Notes: generated by a model not told the origin, from the sequence alone. Positions 13,901 to 26,127 are shown, numbered from the stretch's first letter. The stretch is DNA of 64,000 nt from Octopus vulgaris (GCA_951406725.2 OX597814.1:159402001-159466000), one strand, 5' to 3'. Program-made: numbers and translations.

Positions 13901-16900
13901 CAGAATATAAGGCAATTAATAGAGAGACAATATAGCCATGTATTTTGGAAGTATTATCTTTGGTTCACAGAACAACTCCATGATTTGTAGTAAAAGACTA
14001 ACAACCAAAGATTAGGTCAGGTGTGGGAGGTATGCAACATTGCTGCATTCACCATTTATCAGTATATTCCTGGATCCTCCTGGGTGACCTGCCAAGTTGA
14101 GTTCAAGTCATTCCTCATCAACACAGCTAGATCCTCAGTGAAGAAAACATGACAAGCAGGGTCTAACCCTGAAAATCAAGCAACATGGCCATACAGTCTA
14201 AGCTGGCACTCCTAAGTCATACAAGTAACTGGACACGTCGCAGTTTCTGAGTAAAGGATACAAAATCCAACCAATGGTAGTTGGATGCTAAATCTGAGCA
14301 ATGGTAGCCCATAATCCTGCAAAGCATCTTGGTACCAAAGGAGTTCAAGCAGCTCCTAAGGGCCCTGGACAGTATCCAAGTCTCAAAACTGTGGAGGGGG
14401 TCAGAGAAGACCAGAGACCTAAAGACCCAAACCGTTATCCTCTACTGATATCAACAGCACTAAACAACCAAAGAATAATGATTATAGCTTGTGTATGTAT
14501 TTATTATTGCTAAAGTATTTGTTTGTTCAGGTAGCAGAGTTTGACTTTCTATTTTATCAATATTATGGAATACTAATTAATATTATAAAAAATTTTTTAA
14601 ACTTCAAGCTAAATTTGATATCTTTCTTTTAACCCTAAATTTATTTGTGATATTAAATATATTAAAGATCAAGTATCTTTAAATAATTCTAACTGCTATT
14701 GAATAATTCTTATCAGCTCTTATTAGGTATGATGATAATGATGCCTAATAAGAAGTGATAAGAATTATTCATTAGCAGTTAGAATTATTTTAGTGTTTGG
14801 GTATATTACAACTCATTAGAAAAAGGTAAAAGTACAGAAATGAGGCAATGATAGCCAAAAGTGCATAGTAGATAGGATAAAGTACAAGAAGGCAGAAAAG
14901 TGAAGAGTGGAAGAACCATAAAGAGGAAAGGGTGCATAGACTCTTCCATGCTAGTATGAATTACATTATCTTTCAGAGGCAATGTTTTACAGTTGAGCCC
15001 TTTCTGTTGCCAACTCTTTTAGTTGCTCTTTACTACATGCAGTAATGCAGTATACCTCTTCTATAATCAGGATACACATGGAAGGATTCTATCATTGAGA
15101 AAAATATACAGACTTAACATGTTAACCCTTTCATTACCAACCTGGCTGAAACTGGCTCTGGCTCTGAGTACAAATATCTTGTTTTCATAAGTTTTAAATT
15201 AAGATCTTCCATCAAACCTTAGTCACAGTTTATGTTTCTAACATCAGCTTAATGATTACTAAGTTATTTTACTAACTTCTTTGTTATATTTAAAGTAATT
15301 GAAAGAAACACAGAGCATCTCAAATTATGGTTTACTTCTTAAGTAAATTTCACAGTTTTACTGGAAATTATTTCACTGAACTAGTGTAAGAAAAACTCAA
15401 TTGACCATGATAGGGTTTCAGCTTAAGTGTGTTAGCTACTAAGTGATGCTTAGTATAGTTAGATACTTTTCTGTTTGTGCTATATTGAATGACCAGCCAG
15501 TTTAAAAAGCAGTTCTTTTCTGAGTTCAGCATGAATATTGTGATGTTATGGCTTATTTGATTGAGTTAAATGTTGATTGTGAATATGTCATTTTTATCGC
15601 TTTTACTTTCAGGCTTACGAGAAGGGAATTGCATTGTTTAAATGGCCTAACGTTTATGATATATGGAATACATATTTAACAAAGTTTATTGAAAGATATG
15701 TAAGTAGAATTCATTCATTTGGTGTATAAATTCTATTTGGATATGAAAAATATATTCAGACTTAAACAGTTTTCTGTTGATGTATTTTCAATTGCTTGAG
15801 AAATAATTAGCAAAGCAAAACCTAAGAGAATATGCAATAATAGATGTGACTTTTGTGTGGAAAATTGTCTAGATAATTCATATAGTATTTTGTGTGGCTC
15901 ACATAACATGTTGCTTTTCTACTTTTTAACAAAATAACTCATATTTTCCATATTGGGGTTGCAAAGCATAATGTTAAAGTTTGAATCCAGATAATGTCCC
16001 ATATTGTGTGTGTGTGTGTGTAATGGATTTCTGTTTTTCTCCTATTATCACTATCAATTTTCAATGTAAGTGAAGGTCCAGAGCTAGTTGAAATTATAAT
16101 TGCTTGCTAGAATAATTTATCCACCACAGATACTGATTCTAACCATAGCAAAACATCACCATCTTGAATGAACTTCCCAAATTAAAAACCTTTAAATGTC
16201 ATATTTTTAGATTAAAATGTATATTGTTACATTTTTTTATTTGCTTTTCTACAGGGTGGTAAAAAACTTGAGCGGGCTCGTGATCTTTTTGAGCAATGTC
16301 TAGAAGGATGCCCACCTAAATATGCTAAAGGTAAGCTTTTGCCATTGTACTTTATAGTAAAAAAATTTTAATTGGCTATCTTATTTTTGTTTGCTTCAAG
16401 TATGTCTTAAATAGAATAACAAATGTTTCACAAATATTCATGGATTATTTTATTCAATATACAAGATTTCATATGAAACTGTTTTGCTATTACATGGTAT
16501 TGAACCTTGGATGGGGCATTATGCCAGTAATAATAAACATACGCACTGGTTCAGTCCTTTATTGTTATTGTTAGTTATTCCGTTAACCAATTTATCGATC
16601 AGCTGTTTTTTACTAGTTTTTCAAACTCATATGTTAAACACTTTGGTCAAACAGTTAATCGTTCAAATGTTCAGTATTGTTCGTGTTGTCATTTCTTTTT
16701 TTGTCAAATAATTATTTCATTGCATTGTTGCAATCTCTACTTCCATTTCTTTTGAACCTATGTTCCAACATTGGGATTCATCCAAGATCTATATAAGTGT
16801 GTGTTTATACATAAGTGTGGGCATCCATGTGTGTGTGTTTTAGATACTGACTATGTCATTTTTCATATACATAAGATAGCGGCTTTGGATTTCTCTTTGT

Positions 16901-19900
16901 CTTTTTCACAAACACACATGTTCATCCATATAACATTTCTTTCAAAGACAGTTTAACTGTCTTCTTTGTTTGATAAATGTTGCAAACGAATTTTGCAAAC
17001 CAAATACAAATATGAACTATTACATGGTAGTTATAATACTTATCATAATGAGTGGTACATAACTAAAAAATTTTATCTACTTGCTTATGCAGTTAAATAG
17101 TTTTACATAATTTAATTGCTGCAATTCTTTTTAGGAAACATAAATTAACAGTCCATTTATTACATTATTAAACCATTTTGGCTTCTTTAGTTTTGTATTA
17201 TACTCTAATTTTTTGCAAATATAATAGACGTGTGCCGGTGCTGCAAAAAAAGCACCCAGTACACTCTGTAAAGTGGTTGGTGTTAGGAATGACATCCAAC
17301 TGTAGAAACCATGTCAAAACAGACGTGGATCTTGAACAGCCCTTCAGCTGGCCAGCTTCTATTAAATTGTCCAACCTGTGCCAGGATAGAAAATGGACAT
17401 TAAATGATCATCATAATAATAATAACAACTAACGATATTATGAAACTTTCAATTCTTACAGATATCATATTGTGATAGGCACAGATATCATATACTGCTC
17501 ACTCTAATTTTCCCTGCCTGTACAAAGTAGATTCCACACAATGTAGTGGTTAACTAGGAAAGATATTAAGCTATAAAAATAATTATTCTAATGGAAACAA
17601 TACTTCACTTAGTAAAATTAAACTAAAATCATTCTTTCATTAGAAAGTTTATTGTTATGATTCAGCTCATTTGAAATTAAACATACTGCACTGTAAATTA
17701 AATATACATATTCTCTACTTTCTCAAAAGTATTTTGTTGACACATTCTATGAGAAATAATCTTTATTTGTTAGTAATTGCATTTTTTTCATGTAATGATA
17801 GATTATAATGAATCTGTTTGTGTTACACTGCTTATAAACACTGAAGTTAAACTTCAGAGATAAAGTCATTCCTACAATCTCAGTTATTATTTAAAAACCT
17901 TTTTCTTTTTTTTGTTCCCAGCTATTTATTTGCTCTACTCTAAATTAGAAGAAGAACATGGCCTTGCTCGCCATGCAATGAAGGTGTATGACAGAGCAAT
18001 TGAAGGTGTACTTGAAGAAGAAAAACATGAGGTTTGAAATTTTTTTAACTTACCAAAATGACTTATTTTTCCTTTCTGATAATTATTGATTTCTTAAAAT
18101 GAATAATTCCAACTTTAACTAGTGATCTAACAATTACAAATGAACTTAACTTAACAAGAATTTGGTTAATTTTTGTCATGTTTTTCTCAAAATTTTAAAA
18201 TATATTTATATATATATATATGTATATATAATCTTACTCCATATTATTTTTGCACAGATGTTCAACATTTACCTCAAGAAAGCAGCTGAAATTTATGGTG
18301 TGACTCACACTCGAAGTATCTATGAGAAAGCTATTGAAATATTACCTGATATTCAATCCCGGTATGCCTCATTCTTTCATAGATTAAACTATTGATTTAA
18401 ATTCTTCTGTGCATTATTTTTCCTATTGTTTCTTCCAAAATAATGCTTCCTAGGGAAGCATTATACTGTTCTGTCTTCATTGCATTTCCTTTTCACTTTT
18501 TTTACCCATGTACAATACCTGGGAAGCTTGTGTTGTGCATTATCACGTAGTCATGTGTTCAAATTTTACCTCATCTATTGAAGCAAACCTCTAGGCAAGA
18601 TAACATTGCTGTCCTTTCTTCTGTCTATTTTACTATGAAAAATAAATATCTGTTTCATGATTGAACAGTTAGTAACTGAAAAATTATTCATGTGTGTAAA
18701 ATAAAAAGTATCTTCTCTTTTCCTTTTTTTTCCCCTTTTTTTAAGAATATCTTACTGGTATCCAAAACATTAAACTACATGGCTGCTATTTTCTATTATT
18801 TATGACATATCTTTTTCAATTTTTCATCAGAGAAATGTGTCTAAGATTTGCTGACTTAGAGCGAAAACTTGGGGAAATAGATCGTGCCAGAGCTATTTAT
18901 GGTCACTGTTCTCAAATGTGTGATCCTAGAGTAAGTATTTGAAACAGTTGTAATTTACTTTTATTTTGCATTTTATACTATTTGTGGCAGTTTTCTTCTG
19001 AGATTCAATAATAAATATGATGATTAAAAATTAAGCCTGTTTATCATGTTGGCTGGTGGTTGGAAGGTTTGCATATGCAGAAGTATGATGAAGCCACCTC
19101 TTGAATTTTTTTTTTTTTATAGTGATGTAAAATGAAATACATATCAGGAATAAACTGTGAAATTTGTTGATTATTAAATTCAACAGACAGTTTAGTAAGA
19201 CAAATTTTAGGATTAGAATGAATTAAAAATAGAAAATGAATTGAGAGAATTCTCAAGCATAGACAATGGATGTTAAATGATGATGATGATGATTTGGGGT
19301 ATTTAGGATTTTGAGTTTGAAAACAATTTTAGTTATGTTTAAATATATTAATTTTTGTGCATGAAAGACTGGAAAAGAGGGACATGATATTTACATGTGC
19401 TCAAAAGGGGTATGATGAAGCAGTTGTCTTATGAGTTCTCTTCATGAGTGTCTAAAATCAAATATATTAAAATCAGAAAAATAATCTATTAACCTACTCT
19501 TTCAGCTTCTTATTGAATTTCATAAAAAAAATTTCATCTTAAATTTGAATTTTCATATTGGAATAGTGCAGTTGATAGTTTTTGCTCAAAACCCTTCTTA
19601 AGATATTATTATTTGTTATTAAGGCTGCAAGCTGGCAGAATCATTAGCATGCTGGACAAAATGCTTAACAGCATTTTGTCCATCTTTGTGTTTTGAGTTC
19701 AAATGTCACCAAGCTTGACTTTGCCTTTGCTCCTTTCAGGGACAATAAAATAAGCACCACTTGAGCATGGGATTGATGTAATTAACTAATTACCTCCCTC
19801 AAAAATTTCAGGTCTTCTACCTATAACAGAAAGGATTGTCACCATCATCAAATAATTCCAATTTTTCTAATCCAAAAACACAGTTTGCAGAAAAAGTTTT

Positions 19901-22900
19901 TACACAAGTCATGAGAATGCTTGTGTTGTAATTCTCATCTCACAGATAAAATGAAACAAAATCAAAACATAGAACGTTGTTTCAAACTCATCAGTCTTTT
20001 CTAGACCAAGATAGACATCAGAACGGCAATGATGGTGTTTTACATGATTAAACCTGAAAGTTTTGAAGTACTTTTTAATGCAACATATATTTTCACAAAA
20101 AATTAATTTTGGATTCTTAACTAAATATTTGAATAAAGTTGTATAATCACAGTTGACTTTTATTCTATTACACAGATTACGCCAGACTTCTGGAAAACCT
20201 GGAAAGAGTTTGAGATTAAGCATGGCAATGAAGATACTGTGCGTGAAATGTTACGAATCAAGAGAAGTGTACAAGCAACTTATAACACACAGGTATGTCA
20301 AATTGAAGATTTTATTTCACACTTGATTTCATTTTTTTATTGTTGTTCAATTTTCTGTAAACCATTTTTTTCTTTCCTTTTTCATTATGTTTAATTTTAA
20401 TTTATCTTGTTTTCTTAGCATCAGCTTTTAAGTTTGAAATACTAAAAGAATTCTTTAAAGCTTTGTGGCATCTGAAAACCTGTAATGATTTCTTCATGAA
20501 TTTTTGAAAAGCCTTATGATTTTTAAAGAAAATTTAGAATTATGGTATTTACTTATCTCACAATAAATTAATACAGTTTAGCAAATCCATATGATCCAAA
20601 TATCCAAATATGAATACCAGATTTTATTCTTACCTAGTCACTCCCACTTATGGCCAGCACATTATTAATTAATAAAATTTATTTCTAAAATCTAAATAAC
20701 TGATAAATAAACAATAGGCTGTAAATTGGTGGTTTAAATGCTGGCATAAATAGAAGAGTTAGAAAACTTGAGTAGTTGTTTATTTCTGATGTTTTTGTAT
20801 TTCACAGCCAGAGTAAATATGTTTATGAAACATGGATTTGATTCCATATATCTATTCATAGCCTTTGCTATACTAATATGCACAGTTATTAATCCCTGGT
20901 TGGTCACCTTGCTCTATTATATGAATGAAGTTCTACTACTCAAAAGTTTGTTTACATTTTTAATAAGCAGTTACAGGCTACTTTCTTTTTTAAGCAATTT
21001 TAAAGAGACATTTGAATCTTAAAAAAGATGCTATTTGATTTAGTCCTTAGTCCAAGCTGTTTGATACTCTGTTGTTTAACTGTAAGGCTTCATTTCATAT
21101 CAAGATTAAAATGTATATTTATTAGAGATTATTGGGTTTCATACTATGTACAAGGAGTTGCTGAAAAGTTCCTGGCTTTGGGTAAAAGAAAATACAGGAG
21201 GATCAATTAATTATGGTTTTATTCAACATATTCCCCTCTCAGATTCACACACCTACTGCAGCAGTCCTTCAGTTTTTCTAAGTCCTGTAGAAAGAACTCA
21301 GAAGGTTGGGCCTCCAACCAGGCCTCTGTAGCAGCAATCACTTCCAAATCAGAGTGAAATTTCATTCCATTGTGATATTTCTTCAGTTGTGGAAAGAGGT
21401 GATAGTTGGAGGGGACCAAGTCAGGAGAATAAAGTGGGTGATCAACAAATTCAAAGCCAAAACCGCATATTTTCCATGGAGTTTCATGTGCTGGGTGTAC
21501 TGGTGCGAAAACAAGACACCACAGCTCAACTTCCCACAGCATTTCTGCTTCAAAGCTTCACACAGTTCATCCAACAGGAACATGTAGCATTCTGCGTTGA
21601 TGGTGCAAGATTTTGGCAGGTATTTTATGATGAGTACTCCATCTTTGTCCCAGGACACTGAAGCCAGAATCTTTCTAGAAAGAGGGTAAAAATTTAAAAG
21701 GAAAAGACTGACTGCATATGTAATCTTAATTCTGTTAAACATAAGTGAGTATGATGAAGGTGAAATCAGGTATTCAACAAATAAATTTGTAAGCGTTAAT
21801 CATAAAATCTTCATATATGGCATTAGGAAGGACATTCAGTCATAGAAACCAAACTGATATTGGAGCTTGCTGTAGTCCTGCCACTTCTCCAATCCTGTCA
21901 AACCATCCATCCCATGTCAGTATGGAAAATGGACATTACATGATGATGATTTTTTTTTACATAATTTATATAAATGACAGGTAGTGGATTGGCAGAAACA
22001 GTATCCAAGGATTTACTTTTACCTATGTTCTGAATTCAAATGTTCTTCACATTTTTGTCATCAATAAAATACATTCCAGCAAAATATGTATTAGAGTCAT
22101 TTCAATCAACTAAACACCATGTTTATAAATTTGTGACTTTGAAATCATATAAAATATGAAAAACTTCAATATTTTCTATTTTTACATTTTTAGGTTAATT
22201 TCATGTCTGCTCAAATGCTAGCTGCCACAAATACAAAAGGAGATGAACCAAACACTGGTAAATTTTGTCATCTTATCCTTTTTCCTTTCTTAACAATTAA
22301 CTTATTTGTGAGCTTATTTAACAAGTTACAAAATATCTTATTTAAGCTTAAGTAAAAATTGGAACCTGTGATCTCAAATTTTCTTTATTTACTTTCTAGC
22401 TTCATACACACTCCAAAGACAGTTTCGTCACATACCTTCATTTTCATTCTAATACTATGTTCTTTGGTTTGATTCCATGAGTAAAACACTCAAAGTAATC
22501 AATTCCCATAGAAAATACCATCACCTGTACAGTAGGTTCTTAATATTTCATTGCATACATTTCCAATGGTTTAATAAAACTAAAAATACATTATATTGAT
22601 AAAAGTATGAAATATATTAAGTGACAAAATATTCAGCACATAACAAAAATTAAAATGTAAAGTATGTACTTTAATTTTTGCTCTGCATTTTAAGTTGTTG
22701 TCTAGTTTGTTAATAAGATAGAAATTAACATGTGTAGCTTAAAAATATGACTTGTTTCTTCTCCACAAAAAACTTAATAAACTGCAACTTTTGATAGTTA
22801 CTCATATCACAAAATATTTTTTTATTATTATTTTCAATTGGCACAATGATTGTATAGGGGGTTCTTTTATTCCTGTGTTTTTAAGGGTACGGCAACCTGC

Positions 22901-25900
22901 AACCTCTCTTGCATAATAAAATGCATCGCATTAACATTGTAGTATTACAGAAACCATGCCAAAATAAAAAATAAGGTGTGACCTCCTGGTTTGTCTAGGG
23001 AGACAGCAACTCCAAATAAGAACTCAGATCATAACAATCCATCTAACTCATGCGATCTTGGAAAGCAAATGTAAAACGATGGGTTGTTGTTGTTTAAAGA
23101 TATGGAATATTGACTCCAAATTCATCAGTTCAGATTTTCAAAAGACATTGTGTTAAGCTTGTAACCAAGGTAGCTTCTTTGCCAAATAGTCTTCTATGTG
23201 TTTGCTTCAGCCAACAAGGAACTTTCTAAAAAGTAATTTAACTTGCTAGAATTACTAACCAAATCTCCTTCAGATTCTGCCCATCTTAAAAAACAGGCAA
23301 GACTCATTGGATAATGCAGTCCTAGGCTTATTATACCTGATAAAAAAACAGATGAGATGGTCACAGTTGGATCATCTTTGATCATTGATCTGCTTTTTCA
23401 ATGTTGACCAGGAGCAAAATAACAATTTTGCTTGGTCCAGTTTATCTATGATCAAAAAGAAAAAAAAACTCCACTCCTATATGACAGCTGAGAGGATAGG
23501 TATCCAGCTAAAGAAACTATTGTTTCAACAAATAAACGATTCCACCCATGCAGGTAAAATTAAAGGAATTTAAATTAAAACAAATATAATCTAAAACTAT
23601 TAATTACATTGATAGCATTATTTCTTACACCATGACTTTGTATATTTTACATTTTTTAAATATTTTATGACTATATTTTATGTTTTGTTTATAATAATTT
23701 ACCAATGAAGAAGTAAATGAAATGAAGAAACTTGAAGAGAAGGCCCGTCAACTCGCTGAAGAGGCTGTCTCAGACCAGATCAAACCAGACAAAGGAATCT
23801 TGTTTGTGAGGTAAGCTTTGTCATTCTATATTTGGCTGTTTTGTTCTGTGTCTAGTGTTTTGTAGATATAGTATATTTTCTCCTTTCAATTTTTAATGTT
23901 TATTTTAGTGGGTAATGACAAATTTTTAAGTTTGCTTGACATTTTATTAGTATGAAAGGGACTAAAATTTCATCTTCTCTTTTCTTCATAATTGGAGCGG
24001 ATCGTATGTTTTTGGAGTAGTTGTTACTTAATAGATTGTTACTTAGCTTGATCATTTCTTCATGGTTGGTATCACAATCACTACTTATATTCTTTGCTTG
24101 ATAAGCGAAAAATGATAAGTTGGAAAACTTTAAATCTTTTTTCCTAAAATAGAATAAACAGAATAGGGGTAGCAAGTGGTGGTGCTGCAGCGCAGTCGTG
24201 AGTGGTATGGTGGGGAGCCTCTTCTTCCATGTGAGTCACACAGACACAGCCGTAGCCGCACAACGACGATGACGCCACCACCACGGATAATAACATCAAA
24301 ACATACCTTAGGAATGAGAACCCAGGTTCAAAATTTCCTCAAGACACCTGATGAAGGCTGGAGGGTATATCAGCTGAAATGTGTTAACAACAAACAAAAT
24401 GAGGACAAATATCTGTCAGATGTAAATAATGAATCAGAATTCTGTTCACATAATCAGTTTGATCGGTCAAAGTTTATTATAAACAACACAAACACTTTGT
24501 AATTTAATAGCTTTCAATGTGATACCTGTTAAACAGAAATTATTTTTATTTAAGGAAAATTTAATAAAATCTAATTGTAAGTGAAATTATGCTAAATACA
24601 ACTGAATTGAAAACCTTTTCTTCTTTTGGGTGCAAATTTTACATGAGTAGAAGCTTTTTTTAACAATTTTTATCCTGAAAATCACCTGCGTGAATTACAC
24701 AGGTGCACAAATTACATGGGTTTTTACGATAAGTGAAAAACTATAAGTTGAAAAACTTTAAATCTCTTTTCCTGAAGCAGAATAAACAGAATCTATGATA
24801 CTACTTCCAATTCTTAAACAAAAACTTTTTCAACTGAATGTCCTATCAATGATACATAACACTTACATAAATACAATTTTTAAACATTTTATCAACTAGC
24901 AAGAGGAAATATCATCATTTAGCATCCTCTTTCCATGCTAGCATGTGTTATTTCTGTTTAATTACTTGGCTGTGAAGTTCTCAAAAAAAAGTATTTTTAT
25001 CCTCAGTAAAAGAATAATTTATTCACATTAACAGGAGCAACACTACAGATGAAGACTTGGGAGAATATACCAAGACAACGAATCCTGATGAAATTAATAT
25101 TGATGATGACTTTGATACTGATGAAGATGAAGAAATTGAAGGTTCAGTAGCTAATTTTTCATTTTCTAGTTTTATTAAAAAAATCTATATTGATTCTGTT
25201 TTCATATACAGACCATGAAATGTCACCATAATTATCTAATTTAATTTGTATGTTGTTCAGTGGCATCAATTTAATATATTAACCCTTTAACATTCAAACT
25301 GGCCATATTCTACCAGTTTTATGTTCAAATTGGCCCCATCCTACTGCTCACATTTACCCTACAGTGTCATTCTAAAAAATAAACTATCATGTCATCAAAA
25401 TCTTGAAGCTACAAGATAATGCATGATTAATTCAAAGCTGTGTGAATAAATAAGCATAACATTTGAAAGAATAATTTGAATGCTAAAAGGTTAAATTAAA
25501 TAAACTTGGAGAAGTTACTGACTTCATTGACAATTAACAGGTCTGAATCTAAATAGTGCCTGGGATGATAAAATTATTTTCAAGGAACAGCATTTTTGTT
25601 TTTACTTGGTCATAATTTTGTATATATGTGTGTGTGTGTATACACACACATGCATACATATATATGTAAATGCATCTTTGAATTAATTTTATAGTCCTGT
25701 TGTATGTAGTTGTTGTGGACACAACCTGTTGTTGCTGTATAATTAATGCATTACTCTGGGTTTTTTTTTAATTTTTTGTTCCCCATAAACAAAGAAATAT
25801 TTGAAATATAAGTCTTTCATGTGGAATAAATGAAATAAATACTGGGATTTAATATGTTGTACTACTATTTAAAAATTCTTAGTTATTTTTGTATTGTATT

Positions 25901-26106
25901 TTTTCAATACAAAAAAGACTAAACTGTCAGGCCATAATTTATTTAGATACAAAGTCAAACTTTTATATTCAAAAACTCCAAAATTATGTTTGTTTCAATT
26001 GTCTTCTTTTCATTAATTTTTTGCAGAAGTGAATCTTCAACAACAAGCTGTTCCTGCTGAAGTTTTTGGAAGTCTTGCTTCTGAAGAAAAGGAAAACGAT
26101 GAATGA
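1807..26106 (+). CDS. XAB2: Pre-mRNA-splicing factor SYF1/XAB2 (HAT-repeat protein of the Prp19/NTC-associated complex); 3' portion, 18 coding exons, 5' exons outside window
   Basis: Exons 1807-1951, 3499-3571, 4282-4360, 6216-6335, 9032-9132, 9268-9343, 10322-10408, 11486-11599, 15613-15699, 16255-16330, 17922-18031, 18258-18361, 18831-18930, 20176-20292, 22194-22257, 23711-23810, 25035-25141, 26027-26106. All introns are GT..AG with matching phases, and the total 1740 nt ends in TGA. Peptides [95 protein letters not shown] and [12 protein letters not shown] match SYF1/XAB2 as I recall it. Confidence 0.97.
2326..2471. mobile_element. hAT/Charlie-type MITE
   Basis: TIRs CAGTGGTTCCCAA..TTGGGAACTACTG; 8-bp TSD atctagac/atctaaac, the NTCTAGAN target preference of Charlie elements. 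Confidence 0.85.
3499..3571 (+). CDS. XAB2: XAB2 exon ([25 protein letters not shown])
   Basis: attatcag|AT ... AG|gtaat. Confidence 0.95.
4282..4360 (+). CDS. XAB2: XAB2 exon ([26 protein letters not shown])
   Basis: tttttag|T ... GAG|gtatt. Confidence 0.95.
4654..5385 (-). mobile_element. RTE LINE 3' fragment (tail plus ORF end)
   Basis: (CAT)n-gtttaacatccattttccatgctggc tail and decayed C-terminal ORF, homologous to 35822-36430. Confidence 0.8.
5408..5686 (+). mobile_element. tRNA-derived SINE fragment (family of 44511-44874)
   Basis: tagcctcaggccgaccaaagccttgtgagtg...gaaactgaaagaag...ctgaaataagtaaaa. Confidence 0.75.
6216..6335 (+). CDS. XAB2: XAB2 exon ([40 protein letters not shown])
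   Basis: ggtag|GTT ... GAT|gtaag. Confidence 0.95.
6548..7930 (-). mobile_element. Old, highly degraded RTE LINE pieces
   Basis: Tail at ~6548-6750; 7320-7930 is weakly similar to 38220-38960. Confidence 0.5.
9032..9132 (+). CDS. XAB2: XAB2 exon ([33 protein letters not shown])
   Basis: ttctag|GCT ... GA|gtgagt. Confidence 0.95.
9268..9343 (+). CDS. XAB2: XAB2 exon ([25 protein letters not shown])
   Basis: ttctag|A ... GAG|gtaagt. Confidence 0.95.
10322..10408 (+). CDS. XAB2: XAB2 exon ([29 protein letters not shown])
   Basis: ttatag|ACT ... AAG|gtatgt. Confidence 0.95.
11199..11413. mobile_element. Mariner-derived MITE
   Basis: TIRs aggtgtgctgaaaagttcctggcttt / aaagccaggaactttttggcatcccct; interior matches the end of the mariner at 21148-21680. 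Confidence 0.85.
11486..11599 (+). CDS. XAB2: XAB2 exon ([38 protein letters not shown])
   Basis: tttcag|AGT ... AAA|gtaatt; overlaps ORF-track entry 11429..11662. Confidence 0.95.
11660..13723 (-). mobile_element. Fossil hAT-superfamily (hATm-like) DNA transposon with disrupted transposase
   Basis: Termini TAGGGCGATGACTTTTT / AAAATGTCATTACCCTA; degenerate 8-bp TSD atgcacac/atgtccac. Minus-strand fragments with [20 protein letters not shown] (CxxH) and ACWNSRAI motifs, broken by stops and frameshifts. Confidence 0.75.
14681..14790. repeat. 110-bp near-perfect inverted repeat
   Basis: aaataattctaactgctattgaataattcttatcagctcttattaggtat versus its reverse complement at 14741-14790; about 4 mismatches over 50 bp, 10-nt loop. 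Confidence 0.9.
15122..15325 (+). mobile_element. Truncated piggyBac-type (TTAA|CCCTTT) MITE, family of 33753-34540
   Basis: ttaaccctttcattaccaacctggctgaaac...; a reverse-oriented partial copy lies at ~3238-3427. Confidence 0.7.
15613..15699 (+). CDS. XAB2: XAB2 exon ([29 protein letters not shown])
   Basis: tttcag|GCT ... TAT|gtaagt. Confidence 0.95.
16255..16330 (+). CDS. XAB2: XAB2 exon ([25 protein letters not shown])
   Basis: ctacag|GGT ... G|gtaagc. Confidence 0.95.
17922..18031 (+). CDS. XAB2: XAB2 exon ([37 protein letters not shown])
   Basis: ttcccag|CT ... GAG|gtttga. Confidence 0.93.
18258..18361 (+). CDS. XAB2: XAB2 exon ([35 protein letters not shown])
   Basis: gcacag|ATG ... 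CG|gtatgc. Confidence 0.95.
18831..18930 (+). CDS. XAB2: XAB2 exon ([33 protein letters not shown])
   Basis: catcag|A ... AGA|gtaagt. Confidence 0.95.
20176..20292 (+). CDS. XAB2: XAB2 exon ([39 protein letters not shown])
   Basis: acacag|ATT ... CAG|gtatgt. Confidence 0.95.
21148..21680 (-). mobile_element. Truncated mariner transposon (3' part of transposase plus one TIR)
   Basis: [10 protein letters not shown]...[13 protein letters not shown] and [21 protein letters not shown] (mariner YSPDLAP motif), frameshifted. Confidence 0.9.
22194..22257 (+). CDS. XAB2: XAB2 exon ([21 protein letters not shown])
   Basis: tttttag|GTT ... G|gtaaat. Confidence 0.9.
23711..23810 (+). CDS. XAB2: XAB2 exon ([34 protein letters not shown])
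   Basis: Atypical acceptor aatgaag|AA (tandem AAGAAG), donor AG|gtaagc; phase fits neighbours. Confidence 0.85.
24290..24432 (+). mobile_element. Partial copy of the hammerhead-bearing short retroelement (decayed core)
   Basis: ataccttaggaatgagaacccaggttc...gacac CTGATGA a ggctg..cagct GAAA t gtgtt; lacks 3 nt of the CGTT seen at 49189-49192. Confidence 0.75.
25035..25141 (+). CDS. XAB2: XAB2 exon ([35 protein letters not shown])
   Basis: taacag|G ... G|gttcag; NPDEI motif followed by an acidic tract, typical of the SYF1 C-terminus. Confidence 0.9.
25280..25494. mobile_element. piggyBac-type MITE (TTAA-flanked); other copies at ~52670-52843, ~53600-53825 and ~57855-58080
   Basis: ttaaccctttaacattc...gaatgctaaaaggttaa termini with shared interior (gataatgcatgattaattcaaa). 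Confidence 0.8.
26027..26106 (+). CDS. XAB2: XAB2 last coding exon ([26 protein letters not shown])
   Basis: ttgcag|AA ... TGA at 26104-26106. Confidence 0.93.
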
Positions 26107-26127
26107 AAAAAAACATTTATTTCTCAA

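Noticed and set aside
22258-23710. U12-type intron, suspected from the odd acceptor
   Set aside because: The donor is gtaaat rather than RTATCCTT; the nearby ttatcctt is not at the exon boundary.
25147-25152. Alternative donor gtagct
   Set aside because: It is phase 0 and incompatible with the phase-1 acceptor of the last exon.
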